Assembly (NCBI GenBank): GCA_965246885.1
Contig: OZ251992.1
Location: 416,001 to 480,000 of the forward strand
Length of the DNA: 64,000 nt
Origin: Abditibacterium sp.
Lineage (GTDB): Bacteria > Armatimonadota > Abditibacteriia > Abditibacteriales > Abditibacteriaceae
Direction of reading: 5' to 3'
Shown here: positions 9,940 to 19,110 of the stretch, in pieces
Position numbering within the stretch: position 1 is the first letter of the stretch
How the letters are laid out: each line of letters begins with the position of its first letter
The notes under the pieces: generated by a model
Databases searched by the model: none
Told to the model about the DNA's origin: nothing
What the model saw: the letters and a program-made list of their open reading frames with translations, nothing else
Translations under genes and position numbers: made by a program

Positions 9940-10323
9940 TTAGTTCAGCAGCGATGGCAGGTGCAGCAGAAACGGCGCGATGGCGGCCTCAAAGCGCGTG
10001 CCGTCGCCCTTTATCATGCCATACGCGCCGCGCATCCACCCGAAATCCGTCGGAAGCGGACAAAAACTTTCATACGTAAACTCTTCGCCCGGACTGAGCA
10101 CCGGTTGCTGGCCAATCACTCCCTCGCCGCGCACCTCTTCGACGCCGCCCGCCGCGTCCGTGATGACCCAGTGCCTATCGAACAACTGCACCGACTCCTC
10201 ACCTGTGTTCATCACGGTAATCTGGTATGACCAAAGCCACTGATTCTGGTCGGGTTGCGACCGCTCGGATTGATAAGACGGGCGCGCGGTGATCTTCACG
10301 CCCTGCGTTTCACAAGTTGACAT
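9940..10323 (-). CDS. apaG: ApaG protein
   Basis: RHWVITD, GEGVIGQQP, MRGAY. Confidence 0.95.
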   Translation of the reverse strand: MSTCETQGVKITARPSYQSERSQPDQNQWLWSYQITVMNTGEESVQLFDRHWVITDAAGGVEEVRGEGVIGQQPVLSPGEEFTYESFCPLPTDFGWMRGAYGMIKGDGTRFEAAIAPFLLHLPSLLN

Positions 10324-10423
10324 GGTGCAAATTCCCTTGACGGGAAGAAGCCAAGTTTAAACCAACCTCGGCGAGGGCGTCACCACCTTCTACCACTCTC
10401 TCACCGCCGTGCGCCGCGTGCGG

Positions 10424-10547
10424 ACAGACGTCTGTCGGCGCGTGGCGCACGTCTGTCTTCCGGTCACAGATGTCTGTCTTCCAATGCCAGACGTCTGGCA
10501 TTGCGTGGCGCATGTCTGTCGGCGTGTGGCAGACGTCTGCCGACGGA
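10424..10547. repeat. 21-bp-period tandem array (GTCTG core), 6 units
   Basis: Units at 10424, 10445, 10466, 10487, 10508 and 10529 with core (g/c)a(c/t)gtctg. Confidence 0.85.
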
Positions 10548-10586
10548 AAATTTACGTCCCGCGCCGCTTGCGGCAAACTGGTCATC

Positions 10587-12515
10587 ATGGCGACAGCACT
10601 CCCCCCTGCGGGCCGCGTTCCCGATTTGCCGCCCGGTTGGGAAGTCGAGCGGCCCGCCCTACTCCGGCGGCGCGCACACGCGCTCATTTTAGGACTCACG
10701 CTTTGCTTTGGCGCGATGGGCGCGAAACTGTATTCTCTGCAAGTGGTGCAGGGCGCTTCGTTCATCGCGCAGGCCAAGCGCAATCGGCTGGCGCATGTTT
10801 CGATTCCCGCGCCGCGCGGCGTCCTGCTCGACTGCAGAGGACAGATTTTGGCAACCACCCAAGCGCTCCATGCGGTCTCGGTCGTTCCGGCGTTGCTGCC
10901 GTCGGCGCGCACGCAAAAAGAGGAGCGCGCGCGCTTGCTCAGGTCGCTGGCGTTTCTGATTCACACGACGCCCGACGCCATCGAAGCCACGCTCACGACG
11001 GCCCGCCAAAAGCGCGGCGCGCGCTACTTCGACCCGATTCAGGTGGCGACCAATTTGGACATGCCCACGATGGCGCGTTTGGTCGAGAACCGCCCGCGCT
11101 TGGATAACGCCATCCTGCTAACGGATGATTTGCGCCGCGTGTATCCCGGCGGCGAACTGGCGGGGCATGTGCTGGGCTTCGCGCAAACGGCCAGCGAGGA
11201 AGACCTTCAGCGCGCCCAAAAGCGCGGGGCGCCGCTTCACCCCGATGACCGCGTCGGCAAGACCGGCTTGGAGCGCTACTACGACCGCGAGTTGCAAGGC
11301 GTGCGAGGAGAGGAGACCTTTGAAGTGGACGCGCAAAGCCGCCCCGTCGCGTTGCGGGGCCGCACCCCCGAACACGCGGGCAACACCTTGCAACTCTCGC
11401 TCGACGCAAAGCTCCAGCGCGCCGCCGAAGGCGCTCTGGCGGCGGCCCGTAACTCTGGGGCGCTGGCGGCCATAGACCCGCGCAACGGCGAGATACTGGC
11501 GCTCGCCTCGCGCCCCGGCTTCAACCCCAACACCTTTTCTTTGACGGGGGCGGGGTTTCAAGCGGCGTATCGGCAACTGCTGCATGACCCCAAGCACCCG
11601 ATGCTCAACCGCGCCGTCACGTCGCGGTTTCCGCCCGGCTCGACGTTTAAGCCCTTCGTGGCATCGGCGGGCTTGGAGCGGGGCGCGGTGTCGCCCTATT
11701 CGACGGTGGATTGCCCCGGCTACTTCGTGATGGGCCGCAAGTTCGGCTGTTGGGCGGTGCACGGCGGCGGGGTGAACCTGTCCGAAGCGCTCGCCAAATC
11801 GTGCGACGTGTATTTCTACCAACTCGGCCTGCGCTTGGGCAATCCCGAATCATCGGGGCCAACGTATTTGGCGCACGTGGCGCGCGGCTTTGGCTTTGGG
11901 CACCGGACGGGGATAGATTTGTCGAGCGACGAGGGCGGGCTGATGCCCGACCCGGCGTGGCGGCGCCGCTTCAATGCGCACCGTCCGGCCTTGCAACGCT
12001 GGTTTCCGGGCAATACGCTCAATATGAGCATCGGGCAAGGCGACGTGTTGGCGACGCCGCTCCAGATGGCGGTGGCAACGGCGGCCATTGCCAACGGCGG
12101 CACGCGTTGGACGCCGCATCTGGTGCGCGAAGTGCGCGACGCAAGCGGGAAACTGCTGCGCCGAGTCAAGCCTCAGGGAGCGGGTGTCGGGATTTCGGCG
12201 CGCAACTTGGCGATCGTGCGCGCCGGGATGCGCGACGTCGTAACGAACGGCACGGGCAAGCCGTGCAACTTGCCGCAGGTGGAGGTCGCGGGCAAGACCG
12301 GCTCGGCGGAGGACGTTCACAACGCGCTTCCGCACTCGTGGTGGATTTGCTACGCGCCCGCCGAGCACCCCACCATCGCCATTGCCGTCGTGGTGGAAAA
12401 CTCCGGGCACGGGTCAGAAAACGCCCTGCCCGTCGCCCGCGCGGTGCTGGACGCCGCCTTTGCGCCAATGCAAGCGAATGAATTCGCAGCCAGCAAGAAC
12501 GTCAACCTTCGTTGA
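10587..12515 (+). CDS. mrdA: Penicillin-binding protein 2
   Basis: TM anchor, APRG, PGSTFK (SxxK), SCD, KTG. Confidence 0.93.
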   Translation: MATALPPAGRVPDLPPGWEVERPALLRRRAHALILGLTLCFGAMGAKLYSLQVVQGASFIAQAKRNRLAHVSIPAPRGVLLDCRGQILATTQALHAVSVVPALLPSARTQKEERARLLRSLAFLIHTTPDAIEATLTTARQKRGARYFDPIQVATNLDMPTMARLVENRPRLDNAILLTDDLRRVYPGGELAGHVLGFAQTASEEDLQRAQKRGAPLHPDDRVGKTGLERYYDRELQGVRGEETFEVDAQSRPVALRGRTPEHAGNTLQLSLDAKLQRAAEGALAAARNSGALAAIDPRNGEILALASRPGFNPNTFSLTGAGFQAAYRQLLHDPKHPMLNRAVTSRFPPGSTFKPFVASAGLERGAVSPYSTVDCPGYFVMGRKFGCWAVHGGGVNLSEALAKSCDVYFYQLGLRLGNPESSGPTYLAHVARGFGFGHRTGIDLSSDEGGLMPDPAWRRRFNAHRPALQRWFPGNTLNMSIGQGDVLATPLQMAVATAAIANGGTRWTPHLVREVRDASGKLLRRVKPQGAGVGISARNLAIVRAGMRDVVTNGTGKPCNLPQVEVAGKTGSAEDVHNALPHSWWICYAPAEHPTIAIAVVVENSGHGSENALPVARAVLDAAFAPMQANEFAASKNVNLR

Positions 12516-12564
12516 CGCGGTGTCGGCGAAGGCCGACAATCTCGCTGGCTGCGAATTCATTCGC
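12474..12564. repeat. Y-shaped palindromic element family A, copy 2
   Basis: Same IRs as copy 1; overlaps the stop codons of both convergent genes. Confidence 0.9.
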
Positions 12565-12778
12565 TTGCATTGGCGGCGCCCTCCCCCTCATCATGCAACG
12601 CCGCCTTCAGCGTAGCCTTGGCTTTAATCCTCGCATACCCGACGAAGAGCATCAGCGCACCCCAGAACACGAGCGAGAACGCGAGTAACCCCTGCAAAAA
12701 CGCGAGCGCCGCCGCGTGCCACGCAACCAAGGCGACAACGCCCATGACGATCAACACCAAACCAACGAGCAATGCCAT
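12557..12778 (-). CDS. Small two-TM membrane protein
   Basis: Two hydrophobic helices; follows trmFO on the same strand. Confidence 0.7.
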   Translation of the reverse strand: MALLVGLVLIVMGVVALVAWHAAALAFLQGLLAFSLVFWGALMLFVGYARIKAKATLKAALHDEGEGAANASE

Positions 12779-12811
12779 AAACCTTGCCGCCAAGGTTACA
12801 AAACGGGCAGA

Positions 12812-14161
12812 CTATAGGGCGCGTCTCACGACGCGCCCCCCGGCAAGGGCAGGCTCCTTTGCGAACGCCTCAAACGCCGCTTGGCCCCGTTCGACGAACG
12901 CTTCGGCTTTGCCCTCCTTCTTCCACTTGCGCCCATCGGCGCGCGCTTCCAAGGGCGGGAGCAGCGCCCAGTTCGAGTTCATCGGCTGAAAATGCTTGGC
13001 GTCCGCCGTCGTGATGTAGTGCGACAGGCTACCCAGCACCGTCTCGCGCGGGAAGACTTGCGGTTCCTCGCCCCTCACGAGGCGTGCGGCGTTGCGGCCC
13101 GCGATGAGACCCGCCGCTGCGCTTTCCAAATACCCCTCGACGCCGGTGAGTTGCCCCGCGAAGAAGAGGTCGTCGCGGATGTTGCTTTGGAACGTCGGGC
13201 GCAAGACGGAGGGGCTGTTGAGGAAAATGTTCTTGTGAATGACGCCGTATCGGACGATCTCGACGTTCTGGAGGCCGGGGATGAGGCGCAGAACGCGGGT
13301 CTGCTCGCCCCACTTGAGCCGCGTTTGAAAGCCGACGAGGTTGAACATCGTTTGTTCCAAGTTTTCGGCCCGCAGTTGCACGGCGGCGAAGGGCCAGCGC
13401 CCGGTCGTGGGGTCAGTGAGTCCGGCGCCGCGCATCGGGCCAAAGCGCATGGTGAGGCGCCCGCGCGTCGCCATCTCCTCGATGGGCATGCAACTCTCGA
13501 AATAGGGCACGTCCTCATCGTTGTGGGCGTCGGCCTTTTCCGCGCCGAGTAGCGCCTCGCGCAGTTCGTCGTATTTGGCTTCCGACAGGGCGGCGTTCCA
13601 ATACGCGGCGTCGCCCTTGTCGTAGCGAGAAGCGAGGAAGAGGGTGTCGAAGTCGAGCGAATCGGCGTCCACGACGGGCGCGACGGCATCGAAGAAGTTG
13701 AGAAACCCCGCGCCGAGGGTCGCTTGAATCGAAGCCGACAGCGCCTCGCTCGACAGTGGCCCACTCGCCACGATGCAAGGCGTATCGGGGATGGCGGTGA
13801 CTTCCTCGCGGATGATTTCGACGTTCGGGTGGGCTTCGAGGCGCTCTGTCACGCCGCGCGCGAACTTCTCGCGGTCAACGGCGAGCGCGCTCCCGGCAGG
13901 CACGGCGCTCTCGTCGGCGGCGGTCAAGATGAGGGAATCGAGGCGGCGCATCTCCCACTTGAGTAGCCCCGTCGCTTTGTCGAGGGTGTTGGACTTGAGC
14001 GAGTTCGAGCAAACCAACTCCGCCAAGTTGCCGGTCTGGTGGACGGCGGTGCCCTTCGTCGGACGCATTTCAAACAGCCGCACGCGTGCCCCGCCCTGCG
14101 CCGCTTGCCATGCGGCCTCGCACCCCGCGAGTCCGCCGCCGATGATGGAAAAGTCGTTCAT
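12812..14161 (-). CDS. trmFO: tRNA (uracil-54) C5 methyltransferase, FAD/folate-dependent
   Basis: IIGGGLAGCEAA, ELVCSNS, VGFQT, AGQLTGVEGY. Confidence 0.96.
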   Translation of the reverse strand: MNDFSIIGGGLAGCEAAWQAAQGGARVRLFEMRPTKGTAVHQTGNLAELVCSNSLKSNTLDKATGLLKWEMRRLDSLILTAADESAVPAGSALAVDREKFARGVTERLEAHPNVEIIREEVTAIPDTPCIVASGPLSSEALSASIQATLGAGFLNFFDAVAPVVDADSLDFDTLFLASRYDKGDAAYWNAALSEAKYDELREALLGAEKADAHNDEDVPYFESCMPIEEMATRGRLTMRFGPMRGAGLTDPTTGRWPFAAVQLRAENLEQTMFNLVGFQTRLKWGEQTRVLRLIPGLQNVEIVRYGVIHKNIFLNSPSVLRPTFQSNIRDDLFFAGQLTGVEGYLESAAAGLIAGRNAARLVRGEEPQVFPRETVLGSLSHYITTADAKHFQPMNSNWALLPPLEARADGRKWKKEGKAEAFVERGQAAFEAFAKEPALAGGRVVRRAL

Positions 14162-14167
14162 TGCGGT

Positions 14168-15601
14168 TTAGTTTGAGGCGGTGCCCATGTCGTCGCGGCA
14201 CGTGCGGGCGGCGGCTTTGGCGTCCTCCAATGTCGCCACTTCCCCGCTCAGTTGCAAGAAGTAAACGCGCTCGCAAACCTTCCCGAACACCGGGCCGGGT
14301 TTCCAGCCCATTTCGAGAAGGTGTCGGCCTTGGAGAAGCGGGGCGGGCGGGCCGAACTCGACCCCGGCGGCACGTAGTCCGGTCTCGAACCAACTCGCGG
14401 CCTCGTCGAAGCCGCGCGCACGGGCGAGTTTGAGGGCCAGTTGCGGTGGCACGCGCGCGGCGAAAAAGCGGAACTCTTTGGCTTCGACGGGGGCGCGGCG
14501 GAACCAGTCGGGCGCGACCTTGCGGGCGCCGACGAGCTTGATAACAAGGGCGCGCACGTCTACGGCGTCGCCGCGCCCTTTCAGGCGGTGGATGCCGAGG
14601 TCGTCGAGCAGACGTTTGGTATCGCGCCAGCCCAAGAAGGAGCCAAGGGTAGCGAGCGTAAGGGCGATGGATTCGGGGAAATCGAGGGCGCGGGCTTCGA
14701 TGGCGGCGCGGTCGAGGGCAGCAGGGATGGTCGAGCGAATGAATTCGCAGCCAGCGAGGTCGTCGGCCTTCGCCGACGCAGGGGCAGTCACCCCGTCGGC
14801 GAAGGCCGACGACCTCGCTGGCTGCGAATTCATTCGCTCGCCCTCGCGCTCTAACGCCCGTTCTAAGGAGGGAAACAGCCGCGCGAAAACGCCGGTCTCG
14901 CGGCCCGCCCGCAAACCAATGGAGGGGCGGGCGGCGCGGAGGAGCCACTTTTCCCATTCGCCCCACACGCGCTCGCGGGGCAGGTCGTCCAAGGGGGTGG
15001 CGCGGCACAGCGCGGCGGTGGCGGGGTCAATCGTCAGATCAAAGCGGGCGGCAAATTGCACGGCGCGTAGGACGCGCAGCGAATCTTCGCCGAAATGCCG
15101 CTCATCTACGGCACGGAGCAGGCGGGCCTCCAAGTCGCGGCGCCCGTTGAAGGGGTCTACGATGTCGCCCGTTAACGGGTCGCAGAGGATGGCGTTGAGC
15201 GTGAAGTCGCGGCGGCGGGCGGCGTCTTCGATGCTGGCAAAGGGGTCGCCCTCGACCTCGAAACCCTTGTGGCCCGTCCCGGTTTTGCGGTCGCGGCGAG
15301 GAAGCGACACGTCCAACTCGAAGCGTTCGCGCTTGCCGCTCGCGTTACGGGCGTGCCAGACGAGCTTGAGGACGCGGAAACTCTCGCCAACCGCGTCCAC
15401 GCGACCGAGCGTTTTCAACACGGCGCGCAGCTGTTCGGCGGGCAGGCCGTAAACCTCGATATCGGCGTCTTTGGGGGCAAGGCCAAGCAAGGCATCGCGC
15501 ACGAAACCGCCCACTAACAAGGCGCGTCCGCCGAGCGGTTGGACGGCGCGCGCGAGTTGGCGGGTCTTGTCGAGGAGGGGCGAGGTGGGAAGAGGAAGCA
15601 T
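14168..15601 (-). CDS. cca: CCA tRNA nucleotidyltransferase / poly(A) polymerase family, with in-frame palindrome insert
   Basis: VGGFVRD, DADIE, RRDFTLNA, EDSLRVLR; HD region degenerate. CCA vs CC- or A-adding specificity not determinable. Confidence 0.85.
   Translation of the reverse strand: MLPLPTSPLLDKTRQLARAVQPLGGRALLVGGFVRDALLGLAPKDADIEVYGLPAEQLRAVLKTLGRVDAVGESFRVLKLVWHARNASGKRERFELDVSLPRRDRKTGTGHKGFEVEGDPFASIEDAARRRDFTLNAILCDPLTGDIVDPFNGRRDLEARLLRAVDERHFGEDSLRVLRAVQFAARFDLTIDPATAALCRATPLDDLPRERVWGEWEKWLLRAARPSIGLRAGRETGVFARLFPSLERALEREGERMNSQPARSSAFADGVTAPASAKADDLAGCEFIRSTIPAALDRAAIEARALDFPESIALTLATLGSFLGWRDTKRLLDDLGIHRLKGRGDAVDVRALVIKLVGARKVAPDWFRRAPVEAKEFRFFAARVPPQLALKLARARGFDEAASWFETGLRAAGVEFGPPAPLLQGRHLLEMGWKPGPVFGKVCERVYFLQLSGEVATLEDAKAAARTCRDDMGTASN
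14735..14837. repeat. Y-shaped palindromic element family A, copy 3 (intragenic)
   Basis: Near-perfect palindrome inside the cca ORF. Confidence 0.92.
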
Positions 15602-15620
15602 GAATTGGCAAACTGGGCGC

Positions 15621-15806
15621 ATGCCCTTAATCTCCGAGTGGTTCAAAGAAGTATTGATGTGCCCCGTGTGTCGCGGTGAGTTGGAAGAAGACGAAGCGAA
15701 ATCGCTCTTGCGCTGCCCCAAAGATGGGTTGGAATTCCCCGTGCGCGACGGGATTCCGATGATGCTGGTGAATGACAAGCCGGAAGGCGCGCCTTCCCCG
15801 GCGTGA
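15621..15806 (+). CDS. Trm112-like / YcaR protein
   Basis: LMCPVCRGEL...FPVRDGIPMML. Confidence 0.9.
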   Translation: MPLISEWFKEVLMCPVCRGELEEDEAKSLLRCPKDGLEFPVRDGIPMMLVNDKPEGAPSPA

Positions 15807-16786
15807 CGCCCACCCACTCCGCCATGCCGCCCGACTTGTCCATCGTCATCCTCAATTGGAACGCGCGCGATTATTTGCGCGCCTGTTTGCGCTCGCTTGA
15901 AAACGTGGCGGGGGAAGTGGCGTTCGAGACCATCATCGTGGACAACGACTCGCGGCTCGACGACTCTCCCGCGATGGTCGAGCGCGAGTTTCCGGGTGTG
16001 ACGCTCATTTGCAACCCCCAGAACAACGGCTTCTCGGCGGGGAACAACCTCGGCTGGAAGGCGGCCAAGGGGCGCCATGTGTTGTTCCTCAATCCCGACA
16101 CGGTTGTCGAAGCGGGCGCATTGGAAGCGTTGGTTGCGGCGCTGGACAGCGACGCCCACATTGGCGCCGTCGGGCCGCGCATGACGTACCCCGATGGCGA
16201 GTTGCAATTCTCGGCGCGCGCCTTTCCCAACTTCGGGGCGGGGCTGTTTCGCAACTCCTTTCTGGGCCGCCTGTTCCCCAACAACCCTTGGTCGCGCGCC
16301 TACTTGGGCGAAGGCTTGTCGCGCGACCGGAATCAAGACGTGGACTGGCTGAGCGGCTCCGCCCTCGCCGGAAGCCGCGTCGCCTTGGAAGCCGTCTGCC
16401 TCCACAACGGCCCTTGGGACGAGGACTACTTCATGTATTGCGAAGACATTGACCTGTGCTACCGCCTCAAAGAGCGCGGCCTGCGCCGCGTCTACGTTCC
16501 CGGCGGCACCATCCAGCACCACATCGGCAAGTCGAGCGACCTCGCGCAAGCCAAGTCCATCCGGCGCCACCACGCCGCCATGTGGCAGTTCTACCGCAAG
16601 CACTACATGAAAGGCGCGGGCGCCCTGCTCGCCCCCGTCGCGCTGCTGGGCATCGGCATCCGCGAAACCGCCGCCGTCTTCAAAATCTGCCGCACCTACG
16701 CCCGCATGGGCGTTTTGCGCCTGTTCCTACGCCGCAAAGCCCGCGCGAAGGGGCTGGGCTGGTTTTTTAAGAAGGGGGGCGGATGA
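15803..16786 (+). CDS. Glycosyltransferase family 2
   Basis: SIVILNWN, VDNDS, FLNPD, FMYCEDIDLC. Confidence 0.93.
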   Translation: MTPTHSAMPPDLSIVILNWNARDYLRACLRSLENVAGEVAFETIIVDNDSRLDDSPAMVEREFPGVTLICNPQNNGFSAGNNLGWKAAKGRHVLFLNPDTVVEAGALEALVAALDSDAHIGAVGPRMTYPDGELQFSARAFPNFGAGLFRNSFLGRLFPNNPWSRAYLGEGLSRDRNQDVDWLSGSALAGSRVALEAVCLHNGPWDEDYFMYCEDIDLCYRLKERGLRRVYVPGGTIQHHIGKSSDLAQAKSIRRHHAAMWQFYRKHYMKGAGALLAPVALLGIGIRETAAVFKICRTYARMGVLRLFLRRKARAKGLGWFFKKGGG

Positions 16787-16792
16787 TGGCCA

Positions 16793-16889
16793 GCGAATGA
16801 ATTCGCAGCCAGCAGAAGCGTCGACCTTCGTTGACGCGATGCTTCCGTCGGCGAAGGCCGACGTTTTCGCTGGCTGCGAATTCATTCGC
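16793..16889. repeat. Y-shaped palindromic element family A, copy 4
   Basis: Same IRs as other copies; directly after the GT2 stop. Confidence 0.9.
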
Positions 16890-16972
16890 TGGCTGCCCCC
16901 GCTTTTTCTTTGCGCAAAATAAGGGGTAATCGGCCCTGACGCGGCGCCGGTTTCTTGGTATGTTGTAAGCGT

Positions 16973-17323
16973 ATGCCCGACCGCCAAAGCGTGGGGCGGC
17001 GCTTCATTGACTTGCGGCCCGACGCGCCCACACCGCTCTACCCCGTCGAACTCGAACGCCGCCGCCGCGTGCGGCGCATCGGCGACCGCCCGCCTTTCGA
17101 CGCCCGACGCCGCCACCGCCGCGCGCCGCTTCTGTTTTGCGCGCTGTGGACGTGCGCGTGGTGCGGGGGTGAACTGCGCCGCCAAGGCAACATCGCCGCC
17201 AATGCGCGCCGCTTCGTGCTGGTCGAGCACCCCCAACTGCGCGCGTGCGACTGCCTCGAATCGCGCTTGGCCGGAGCGCTCGTCGTCTTGACGTGGAAAT
17301 TCCAAAGCGGGCCGGAAGCGTAG
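16973..17323 (+). CDS. Possible small hypothetical protein (CxxC, CxC)
   Basis: ORF fills the gap before the helicase; Arg-rich and could be spurious. Confidence 0.35.
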   Translation: MPDRQSVGRRFIDLRPDAPTPLYPVELERRRRVRRIGDRPPFDARRRHRRAPLLFCALWTCAWCGGELRRQGNIAANARRFVLVEHPQLRACDCLESRLAGALVVLTWKFQSGPEA

Positions 17324-17353
17324 AGGTTGCTCGCGTCCGCTCACACTAAGGGC

Positions 17354-18973
17354 GTGTTTCGGCGGCATCAGGCAGCGTTTGGAGAGCTTTGTAGCGGCAT
17401 TGCGGACGGCAAGATCGGCAATGTGCGCTCCATCATCTGCTCCATCACCCCCGGCGGCGGCAAGTCGCTCCTGCCGGTCATCGCCGCCAATACCCTCATC
17501 CCCCGCGTGGCCGACCGCATCGCGTGGATCGTGCCCCGCCGCTCCTTGCAAGAGCAAGCCGAAGCCGAGTTCGCGGCGGGCCGCTCGCGCGAACTGCTCG
17601 GCAACCGCCACCTCATCCGCAAAACCACCGGTGAATTAGACCCGTGCCGGGGCTTGTCGGGCTTTTGCACCACCTACCAAGCCATCGGCGCCAACAACAT
17701 GTTCTTGGTGGACGAGTTCTCGCGCCACCGCTACGCCCTCGTGCTCGACGAGCCGCACCACGTCGAGGAAGGCGGCGCGTGGGAGCGCGCCCTCGCGCCG
17801 CTTGTGAAGCGGGCGGCCCTCACCGTGTTCATGTCCGGCACATTGGAGCGCGGCAACCGCCGCAAGATTGCCTTCCTCGGCTATGGCGATGCCATGAACG
17901 GCGAGGTCGTGGACTTAACCGGGCGCAGTGGCGCCGTCGTCCAGTACTCGCGCGCCGACGCCCTCTTCGACAAGGCCATCCTGCCCATTCACTTCGAGCT
18001 AATGGACGGGACGGCCAACTGGATCGGGCGCGACGGCGTCACCTATGGCACGCGCCTATCCGACGCCGGAAAAGACACCAACGAGGCCATTTATACCGCG
18101 CTCAAGACGGAGTTTGGCCTGCACCTCCTCGACGAGTGCGCCGCCCATTGGAACGCTTACCGAGTCGAGCACCCGCGCTCGAAGATGCTCGTCGTCACCG
18201 CCAACATCGAGGACGCCAAGCGCTACCTCGCCCATGTCCAAGGCGCGGGTGTCAAAGCCGCCATCGCTACCTCCGACGACACCGCCCTCGCCACGCGCGC
18301 CATCAACAAGTTCAAGCTCACCGAGGGCAAGAGCGCCATCCACTGTTTAGTCACCGTCGCTATGGCTTACGAGGGGTTGGACGTGCCGCCCGTCACCCAT
18401 ATCGCCTGCCTCACGCACATCCGCTCCAAGCCTTGGATCGAGCAGATGATCGCCCGCGCCACCCGCATGGACTTCGGCGCGGGCGCGTGGGAGGAGCAGA
18501 TGGCGTTCGTTTATGTCCCCGACGACCGCCTCATGTGCAACATCATTGGACGGATGCAAGAGGAACAGATTGTCGCCGTGAAAGCCCGCCTCGAAGAGGA
18601 TGAGTTCGAGTTGGAAGCCGAGTCGCGCGCCCAAAACGACCCATCGGAGCGCAAAACCATCACCCCCGTCGGCTCCGGCGCGCTCACAAGACGCTCAAGC
18701 CGCGTCGGGCACGGCCCCAACGAGACCCCCGCCGTCCCCAACGAAGCCGTCATCCTCACCCCCTCACAGCAGGAATCCGCGCTCCGCGAGCGCATCCAAG
18801 CCTACTGCAAGGGCGTGGACGCCCTGCTTTTCGACCGCTCATGGGGCGAGACCAACAAGCGCGTCGTCAAGACCTTCGGCAAGTCCCGCCAAAACATGCA
18901 CTTGGACGAACTGCTGCGCGTGCTGACGTGGCTGGAGGAGATGTACCCGCTCGGTTCGATGAGCCGGAAGTAG
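17354..18973 (+). CDS. Superfamily 2 (ResIII/DEAD-like) helicase
   Basis: TPGGGKS, LDEPHH, MSGT, MAYEGLDVP, QMIARATR; GTG start inferred. Confidence 0.9.
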   Translation: MFRRHQAAFGELCSGIADGKIGNVRSIICSITPGGGKSLLPVIAANTLIPRVADRIAWIVPRRSLQEQAEAEFAAGRSRELLGNRHLIRKTTGELDPCRGLSGFCTTYQAIGANNMFLVDEFSRHRYALVLDEPHHVEEGGAWERALAPLVKRAALTVFMSGTLERGNRRKIAFLGYGDAMNGEVVDLTGRSGAVVQYSRADALFDKAILPIHFELMDGTANWIGRDGVTYGTRLSDAGKDTNEAIYTALKTEFGLHLLDECAAHWNAYRVEHPRSKMLVVTANIEDAKRYLAHVQGAGVKAAIATSDDTALATRAINKFKLTEGKSAIHCLVTVAMAYEGLDVPPVTHIACLTHIRSKPWIEQMIARATRMDFGAGAWEEQMAFVYVPDDRLMCNIIGRMQEEQIVAVKARLEEDEFELEAESRAQNDPSERKTITPVGSGALTRRSSRVGHGPNETPAVPNEAVILTPSQQESALRERIQAYCKGVDALLFDRSWGETNKRVVKTFGKSRQNMHLDELLRVLTWLEEMYPLGSMSRK

Positions 18974-18977
18974 CTCT

Positions 18978-19101
18978 TGCCCAGCGACTCAAGTCGCGGG
19001 CAACCTACGGCAAAGCCTCCCTTCGGAGGCTACGCGCCTGCACACTCAGTCGGCGCAGGCCGACTTTGCCGTAGGTTGCCCGCGACTTGAGTCGCTGGGC
19101 A
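18978..19101. repeat. Y-shaped palindromic element, family B
   Basis: 38-bp perfect terminal IR enclosing two hairpins. Confidence 0.9.
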
Positions 19102-19110
19102 GAAGACACC

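Noticed and set aside
14168..16603. 811-aa ORF as one protein
   Set aside because: The upstream part is the antisense shadow of the GT2 and Trm112 genes; cca starts near 15601.
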